Positions 17,101 through 25,000 of a DNA stretch of 31,023 bases are shown here, piece by piece. Each line of letters begins with the position of its first letter. Position 1 is the first letter of the stretch. The notes below the pieces were generated by a model. The model saw only the letters and a program-made list of their open reading frames with translations. It was not told the DNA's origin and made no database searches. The stretch comes from a virus (lineage: Duplodnaviria > Caudoviricetes). Where the stretch lies: positions 1 through 31,023 of IMG/VR virus record IMGVR_UViG_3300008459_000232; one strand, given 5' to 3'. Position numbers and translations under genes: made by a program.

Positions 17101-20100
17101 ATGGCAGATTTTAGACTAGACAGGATTAAATTTAGATGGGTTGGCGTGTGGAACGGCAGTCCTGACACAACTTACATTAAAGACGATGTTGTCATGTTCG
17201 ACGGCAAGACGTATGTTTGTTTAATCGGACATACTCCAACTGGTTATTTTTATGATGATCTAACACCCGTTGTTCCTTCCTATGAAATCTCGTTGCCTAG
17301 ATGGGAATTAATGTTTGACGGCCAGCGGTGGCTCGGCGAATGGTCAACTGGTACACAGTATGTTGAAGGTAATATTGTAACATACAAGGCCTACGTATAT
17401 AGATGTATAATCCCACACGCTTCTCCTATTAATCCTAATCTTGGAATTCAGGCAGATATTTTAAAATGGGAAGTAATAGCCAAGGGGTCTAACTGGACAA
17501 ACATTTGGGAACCAAATGTTTATTATGATCTAGGAGATGTTATAACATATAACGGATATGTCTACATCTGTAATACTCGTCATCGTTCAGCTACAAGTGT
17601 ATCATTAGGACTTGAAATAGATCAGTTAAAATGGACGTTAGTTAATACTTCTCAAACTTGGCAAGGAGACTGGACTGGTGGTACTCGTTATAGATATGCT
17701 GATATTGTGCGCTACGGCGGAAAAATGTATCAATGTATTGACGGACACACTAGTGCTAGCGTATCTGTTACTCTAACAGCATTATCGTTTACAGTTAGTG
17801 CAGGAATTGCGACCCTTACCTATGCAGCACAATCTCTTGCTCCTTATGCAATTGGTTCAACAGTTACGCTAGCAGGTTTTGACCCAACAACAACAGCCAG
17901 TCCTGTTAACATAGTTAATACAACATTTACTGTGGTAACTTGTACATCTACACAAATAACATTTGAATTAACCGGAGTATATGCTAGTTTAGTATTCGGG
18001 ACAGTTACCGGAACTAGTCAGTTAGGTTTAGAAGATGACAGTTTAAAATGGACAACTTATTTGTCAGGTATAGAATATAAACATGACTGGGAAATAACTG
18101 TTCGATATAAAATTAATGACATTGTAAAGTATGGACCAACATTATGGAGATGCATAAGCAGTCATACATCTGGTATACTGTTTACCTCAAATTCTGCAGC
18201 ATGGGAAGTATGGCTTCCGGGGTTAACTTATGACAGAGGATGGAATGCTAATACTCCGTATAAAAAAGGAGACATTGTTTTATACGGTGGATATGCATGG
18301 ACTGCGTTAACTAACACCACAGGATCAATCCCTAGCATTAACAATTTATTACAAGACACTGGCAATTGGGAACTATTAAAGCAAGGATATGTGCATCAAG
18401 GAGAATGGTTACCTTCAGCGCAATATTATCCAGGTGATGTTGTTAGGGTTCGTGGATATTTATATATTGCACTAGTAGACACTAGTCTAAATCACCCCAA
18501 TGACAGTGCAGATTGGCAGTTGATAGTGCCTGGCAGTAATTGGAAGGCAGAATGGGACGAAACTTCTGATTATTTCTTAGGAGATATTGTTGTATATGCA
18601 AGTACTTCTTATTCTTGCATACAACGACATTCTGGGGCAGCACTTAATTCAAGACCTGACTTAGATATCATTAATGCATATTGGATAGTATTATTCCAAG
18701 GAGCACCTACTAATGTATTAACTAACCGTGGTGATCTTAAATATTTTGATACTGCTACTACACGTTTACCAATAGGTACCACTGGATTTACGTTACAGGT
18801 TAATGAAACAGTCAAACCTGAATGGGCAAATTTTCAATTAGTTGAAAAAGTTTATTATGTAGCAACTAGTGGTGTTGATAATGCTGATTCTGGTACTACA
18901 CTTAATTCACCGTTTAGAACTGTGAGATTTGCCTGCAACTTTATTTTAGAAGATGAAGCAAATCGTGCACCAGCTACAATTTTTATTAAATCTGGAATTT
19001 ATGAAGAAATTATTCCTATTAGTGTGCCTGCAAATGTTGCTCTAGTAGGCGATGAACTTAGAACATCTACTATAATGCCTGCAACTGGATATGAATTAAA
19101 CAATATGTTCCTTGTTAGAAACGCTAGCGGTATTCGAAATATGACATTGCAAGGGTTAAATGGAACATTAGGAGCACCAAACGAGTTCGGAACACGTCGA
19201 CCTACAGCTGGCGCATATGTTAGTCTAGACCCAGGCAATGGAAACACTGATGAAGATGTATGGATTACAACACGAAGCCCGTATGTACAGAACGTTACTA
19301 CATTTGGTACTGGCTGCGTTGGTATGAAAATTGACGGATCCTTACACAATGGTGGAAATAAATCCATAGTTGCTAACGATTTTACACAGGTATTATCAGA
19401 TGGTATTGGGTACTGGGCGTCGTTTAACGGGTTATCTGAGCTTGTATCAGTCTTTACGTACTTCTGTCATATTGGTTACTTATCAACTGATGGCGGAAGA
19501 TTACGAGGCACTAACGGCAATAATTCATATGGACTATACGGTAGTGTTTCAGAAGGATTTAATCCTGCAGAAAATTTTATAACCGCATTAGTTGACAACC
19601 AGTCTCAAGAAGCACAAGTAGACATAGTACATACAACAGGATCAGAAATATTTGCATTTGCATACTCAAATGCAGGACTAGCATATACTACTGCAACTAA
19701 TACTGTTACTGGTTCTGGATATGATATTGATGCAAGATTTGAAGAATTTAGAAACACTGCATTATACGAAATTAGATCAACTGATCTTGACGGAAATAAT
19801 ATTTTTGGTGGACTAAATTATCAATATTTGTTAAATTCTGCACAACTCGGTGATGATGTTTCTATTACATTGGCAGCAGCAGACACTACAGGTACAAATG
19901 CACTATATTCAGGTCAACGTATTTTTATTGCCTCTGGTGCTGGAATTGGGCAATACGGATATATTACTACATACGACGATACTACAAAAGTAGCGTTGAT
20001 TAGCAAAGATATAGACGGTACTCCTGGATGGGAATCAATTTATCCTGGTACTCCTATAGTCACAGCATTAGACTCGTCAACAAGATACAGTCTTGAACCT

Positions 20101-22056
20101 AGAGTTATTGTAGAAGAACCTCAATTTTTAGCAAGCACTGGAACCTCTCCAGTTTCTGTCTCTGGAATGGCATACAGTAACGGTCAATTTGTGGCAATAT
20201 CTACTGCAGGCAATGCTGCCCACAGCACTGATGGTGTAGCTTGGACAAGCAAAAATATTGGAGGATCAGTAACTTACGTAACTGGCGCCTCTGACAATTT
20301 TATTGCATTTACTGATAGCGCAACAAGTACAATCTATAGATATGCCGGAACTACATGGGGCTCGGTTGATATAGGGGCAACAGCTACATGGGTAGGAGCA
20401 ACATACGACCGTGTAAATAATTACCTAGTGGCAATAAGTTCAGGAACTGATTCACGTATTTCAACTAATTACGGAGCATCATGGGCAGGTGGCGGAACTT
20501 TAACGCAATCAGGTTGCGTTGAAATTGCAGCGAATGGAAGAGTAATTGTTGCTATTAAAACAGGAAATACATTCACAGTTTCAACTAATCAAGGAACAAC
20601 TTGGACAAATGTAACAGTTCCTATATCTCGAACATGGAACAGTATTACTTACGGTGCTGGCAGATTTGTTGTGGTTGGTAATACTACTGATACAATATAT
20701 AGTTTTAACGGAACAACCTGGTATCAAGGAACTATTAATCTTTCTGCAAGAAATTGGTCAAAAGTTAGATATGCTGAAGGATTATTCTTAGCAGTAAACA
20801 GCGTTGATGGACGTATTGCAACTAGCCAATGTGGTAAAAATTGGAGGTTGACTACTAAAACAGGAACAACGAAGCAGTTTACTGTAGATCAACCATATGC
20901 AGTTCTGGCTGCAGGAACTATTAGTGGAGTGCCAACTTGGATTGCCAGTGGCAATAGTGGCACAGGGTTAGGTATTATAAAATCGGGAGCAATTGCCACA
21001 GTGCGAGCAATTGTCACATCAAGTAGAATACAAAAGTTTTTAATTTATGAGCCAGGTAGTGGCTACGTAGCTACGCCTTTAATTACTATAACTGACAACG
21101 GCAATACCGAAGATGTAACTTATATAGTAAGACTAGGCAATGGGGTACTACCACAACCTGCCTTTTATAACAACGGATTAGGATATGTTAGAGCCACTGC
21201 CACAATCAGCGGTGACGGATATGCAGATATATTTCAAAATAGCGGAACATTGTATGTTAATAATCTAAGTAGATTACCTGGACCAGGCGACAACTTAGAA
21301 ATTAATACTATTAATGATGTAGTATATAAAATCACTAGTATATCAGATGTTTCAGGGACAGCTCCAAATTTTAGTGGTCGTATTATTATAACACCCACCA
21401 TTGATAGAAAGAAATCCCCTGCACATGCGGTCAACGTAACTATTAGACAAAGTTATAGTCAAGTTCGATTAACTGGGCATGACTTTTTAGATATTGGCAC
21501 TGGTAATGTATTGCAAACACAATACCCTGAGTTATATTTAGACGGATTTACCCAAATTAACGAACCTCAACCTTTTAACGAAGTTGTTGAAAAAGGCGGC
21601 GGCCGCGTATTCTATACAAGCACTGATCAAGATGGTAATTTCCGAGTTGGTGAATTATTTAAAGTTGAACAGTCAACGGGAGTAGTATCAGTTAATGCTA
21701 GCTATTTTAACTTATCAGGACTAACTGAATTAAGTCTTGGAGGAATTCAAGTTGGTGGCAGTGCTGTGGTTATTAGGGAGTTTTCTAAAGATCAAAACTT
21801 TGCCGCTAATTCTAACAGTATAATTCCAACCCAGCGAGCAATTATTGCATATCTAACATCTAGAATTTCTAGCGGTGGAGCTGACGCAGTTACTAACACA
21901 CTAATTGCTGGACAAGTTAAGATTAATAGTAACAATATTACAACAACTTCTGGATTGCCAATAACAGTATTTCCTAAAGTTAACATTACCGGTGGTACAG
22001 ATGGCAAGTATCTCAGTGCTATGTACTACGCATTTGGGTCCATGGTGGGCATTTGA
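17101..22056 (+). CDS. Giant virion structural/fibre protein (1651 aa), paralogue of 22086..27965
   Basis: N-terminal MADFRLDRIKFRW. Eight W....Y..GD.V.Y.G..Y.C...H repeats. Beta-helix core (GDELRT, RSPYVQNVTTFG). Asp-box propeller insert. C-terminal region with SQVRLTGHDFLDIGTG and FYTSTDQDGNFRVG. Confidence 0.82.
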   Translation: MADFRLDRIKFRWVGVWNGSPDTTYIKDDVVMFDGKTYVCLIGHTPTGYFYDDLTPVVPSYEISLPRWELMFDGQRWLGEWSTGTQYVEGNIVTYKAYVYRCIIPHASPINPNLGIQADILKWEVIAKGSNWTNIWEPNVYYDLGDVITYNGYVYICNTRHRSATSVSLGLEIDQLKWTLVNTSQTWQGDWTGGTRYRYADIVRYGGKMYQCIDGHTSASVSVTLTALSFTVSAGIATLTYAAQSLAPYAIGSTVTLAGFDPTTTASPVNIVNTTFTVVTCTSTQITFELTGVYASLVFGTVTGTSQLGLEDDSLKWTTYLSGIEYKHDWEITVRYKINDIVKYGPTLWRCISSHTSGILFTSNSAAWEVWLPGLTYDRGWNANTPYKKGDIVLYGGYAWTALTNTTGSIPSINNLLQDTGNWELLKQGYVHQGEWLPSAQYYPGDVVRVRGYLYIALVDTSLNHPNDSADWQLIVPGSNWKAEWDETSDYFLGDIVVYASTSYSCIQRHSGAALNSRPDLDIINAYWIVLFQGAPTNVLTNRGDLKYFDTATTRLPIGTTGFTLQVNETVKPEWANFQLVEKVYYVATSGVDNADSGTTLNSPFRTVRFACNFILEDEANRAPATIFIKSGIYEEIIPISVPANVALVGDELRTSTIMPATGYELNNMFLVRNASGIRNMTLQGLNGTLGAPNEFGTRRPTAGAYVSLDPGNGNTDEDVWITTRSPYVQNVTTFGTGCVGMKIDGSLHNGGNKSIVANDFTQVLSDGIGYWASFNGLSELVSVFTYFCHIGYLSTDGGRLRGTNGNNSYGLYGSVSEGFNPAENFITALVDNQSQEAQVDIVHTTGSEIFAFAYSNAGLAYTTATNTVTGSGYDIDARFEEFRNTALYEIRSTDLDGNNIFGGLNYQYLLNSAQLGDDVSITLAAADTTGTNALYSGQRIFIASGAGIGQYGYITTYDDTTKVALISKDIDGTPGWESIYPGTPIVTALDSSTRYSLEPRVIVEEPQFLASTGTSPVSVSGMAYSNGQFVAISTAGNAAHSTDGVAWTSKNIGGSVTYVTGASDNFIAFTDSATSTIYRYAGTTWGSVDIGATATWVGATYDRVNNYLVAISSGTDSRISTNYGASWAGGGTLTQSGCVEIAANGRVIVAIKTGNTFTVSTNQGTTWTNVTVPISRTWNSITYGAGRFVVVGNTTDTIYSFNGTTWYQGTINLSARNWSKVRYAEGLFLAVNSVDGRIATSQCGKNWRLTTKTGTTKQFTVDQPYAVLAAGTISGVPTWIASGNSGTGLGIIKSGAIATVRAIVTSSRIQKFLIYEPGSGYVATPLITITDNGNTEDVTYIVRLGNGVLPQPAFYNNGLGYVRATATISGDGYADIFQNSGTLYVNNLSRLPGPGDNLEINTINDVVYKITSISDVSGTAPNFSGRIIITPTIDRKKSPAHAVNVTIRQSYSQVRLTGHDFLDIGTGNVLQTQYPELYLDGFTQINEPQPFNEVVEKGGGRVFYTSTDQDGNFRVGELFKVEQSTGVVSVNASYFNLSGLTELSLGGIQVGGSAVVIREFSKDQNFAANSNSIIPTQRAIIAYLTSRISSGGADAVTNTLIAGQVKINSNNITTTSGLPITVFPKVNITGGTDGKYLSAMYYAFGSMVGI
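17146..18690 (+). repeat. Eight CBM5/12-like Trp/Tyr-rich protein repeats
   Basis: Counted by eye, e.g. WTGGTRYRYADIVRYGGKMYQCIDGH and WEITVRYKINDIVKYGPTLWRCISSH. The resemblance to chitin-binding type-3 modules is from the motif pattern only. Confidence 0.7.
20122..20982 (+). other. BNR/Asp-box-like beta-propeller insert within the 1651-aa protein
   Basis: Repeats STDGVAW, STNYGASW, STNQGTTW, SFNGTTW and SQCGKNW, with W..I.YG.GRFV. Absent at the equivalent site of the 1959-aa paralogue (EPRLTFSAPPSGTRA). Boundaries approximate. Confidence 0.72.
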
Positions 22057-22062
22057 TAAATA
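22055..22062 (+). promoter_or_regulatory. T4-type late promoter candidate (GATAAATA)
   Basis: Overlaps the TGA stop at 22054-22056 and lies 23 nt before the ATG at 22086. Confidence 0.68.
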
Positions 22063-22085
22063 GATAAAGCGAACGGAGTTCTTTA

Positions 22086-25000
22086 ATGGCTGAGTTTAAA
22101 TTAGGTAGAATACGATTTATTTGGAAGGGCGATTGGTCCGATATTACTGTTTATTACAAAGACGATATTGTAAGAAACGGTGGTAACACCTACGTGTGTG
22201 TTGCTGGACATACAAGCTCAGCAGAATTTCCTATAGATTCAATCAAATGGAATAAAATTTCTGATGGTCAAGTATGGAAAGATTCCTGGTTACCTGCTAC
22301 TTATTATAATCAAAATGATATTGTTAAGAACGGCGGATATCTATACATTGCAAATACTGCCCATACAAGTGCAGCCACAGAAATATTAGGTTTAGAAGAT
22401 GCACAACATGTAGCAATTACTGGCGTATCAATCGATGGGATTGCAGGACAATTTTCATGTGACGACACAGTATTAGATATTGATTCTGCAATCATTGTAT
22501 CGGGCACAACATTTTCAAGCGGTAGCATTGTAGGTTACGTTAATCCTAAAACATATTATGTTATTGCAACAAATGGTGTTAATACTTTTACACTATCTGC
22601 AACTAAAGGCGGTCCAGCAGTTGTAACAACAGCATCAACTGGAGCAGTTACTGGTATTACTTTTACAACTAGTTACTGGGATATCTTTACAGAAGGATTT
22701 AATTACACAGGCGACTGGGGTATTGGACAACGATATAAAATTAACGACATTGCAAAATACGGTAGCTCAGTTTATATTTGTACAGTACAACATACTTCAG
22801 CTGCAACATTTGCACTGGGTCTTGAGAGTGAACAAAACGTAGAACTTGAAAACGTAGTTATTACATCAATTGCAGGACAATTTTCATGTGACGCTACAAT
22901 TTTAGATATAGATGCTGCAATCATTGTATCGGGCACAACATTTTCAACTGGTAGTATTGTAGGATATACAAATCCTAAAACATATTATATTATTGAAACT
23001 AACGGAACTACAACATTCACGTTATCTGCAACTAAAGGCGGTCCAGCAGTTGTAACAACAGCATCAACTGGAGCAGTTACTGGTATTACATTTAAAAATA
23101 GCAAATGGAATTTGTTTGCTGACGGATTGACCTGGAATGACGTCTGGAATCCCGACACTCGCTACAAACGTAACGATGTAGTGAGATATGGCGGTACCTT
23201 ATATATTTGCGTTGAAGGACATACCAGTGCAGCAACTGCTGCGTTAGGCCTTGAAGACGATCAAGCCAAGTGGGAGTATGCGCACAAAGGTATTGAGTAT
23301 CTAGGGAACTGGCAAGGTTCTACACCAGGACCAGCGGTCCGTTATAAAATCAATGACGTTGTAAAATACGGTGGTGGACTTTGGATTTGTGTTACACCTC
23401 ATACAAGTCAAACGTACTTAACTGATGACGAATCTAAATGGGAACAATTTGTAGAAGGTTTAGAATTTGAAGATTCTTGGTTAAACACTACTCGCTATCA
23501 ACCTGGTGACTTTGTTACCTACGGTGGATATAGCTATGTTGCAAAATCTAACAACTTGAATGCAAAACCTACAGCAAGTCCTTCAGATTGGGACTTATTT
23601 ACAACTGGCTTTAGATTTGTAGAAGACTGGTCAAATACAGTAGATTATCTAGTTGGCGATGTTATTAGAATTAGCGGATATACATACCTATGTATGTTAG
23701 ATCATATAGGACAACGTCCACCAAACACTTTATACTGGCAAAGATTAAACTCTGGATTTGTGTGGCAAGATGCCTGGACTAATGGAGATATTTACAATAT
23801 CGGTGATGCTGTTAGATATAATGACAACAGTTATCTATGTATTGCAAATCACACAGCTGATCAAGTTACATTGCAAAACAGACCAGACCAAGATGTTACT
23901 GGATTAGCATGGAATATCATATCAGGTGGCGCAGAATCTGGTAATATGACCACTCAGGGTGATCTAGTATACTATGGCGGCGCTGGACCTACACGTTTAC
24001 CAATAGGAGAGCCTGGCCAAATCCTTAAAGTTAACACTTTAGGTAATGCTCCAGAGTGGCAATTCTTTGGTGCAATTAATAATGTATTTTATATTTCTGG
24101 CGATCGTGGTGTAGACTCACCAGCTCCAGGATATGGTGTAACACTTGATCGCCCTTGGGCCACAATTCGTTATGCAGCAGAGCAAGTTGAAGCAGGTGCT
24201 ATTAGATATAATGCAAAAACACTGCTACAACTAAACAGAAGTTTTATCCAAGCTGAAGTTGTTAACTATGTAACGTGGAACATTGCTAATCCAACAGGCA
24301 TTTGGGTAGGATTTACTAATGACGATCCTGTAAAATGTGCAAGAGACATTGGTCAAATTATAGATGCTATTGTATGGGATATATCACATGGTGGTAATGT
24401 TCGTACACGTGAAGCAGCCTTAACATATTTTAGTGGCGGCAACATTACCGCAACTGGCGCAACATACACACCAACAACTGGATTGTTAACTATAACTTCA
24501 AATGCACACGGATTGTCAGTTGGCAACACTGTGAGATTGGCTCAAGGTTCATTAACATTTACCTGTGCAAGTGACGGCAATACTGTTCCTTACAGTTATC
24601 CTAGACCATCAGATCCTGCGAACGGACAAAATTTATTAGTATCCGGAGTAACTCTAAATACATTTACAATTAATGTAGGAGTTTCAAGCGAAACATCTGC
24701 GCACACGTTTGTTAGTGCTACTGCAAACGGAATAACAAAATCTGGAACAGCTTTAATTGCAGCAATTGCAGACGAAGACGATCAACTAGTAGCATCAATT
24801 AATTATATGGTTACTGTAGCTGATGCTGTATTATCAAATCTAGCACCTGCTGTAAACTATCAAACATTAAATGCTGTTGGATCACCAATAACACAAGTTG
24901 TAGATATTTCATATACAGAAGAAACTGATGCACAAGCGTTAGTAGCATCTCTAGCAAGTATTATCTCAACCGCAGTTACTGCAGGTGTAAGTACAGGAAT

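Noticed and set aside
22440-23093. Possible DGR template/variable repeat pair
   Set aside because: Mismatches are not restricted to adenines of one copy, both copies are in frame mid-gene, and there is no reverse transcriptase in the window.
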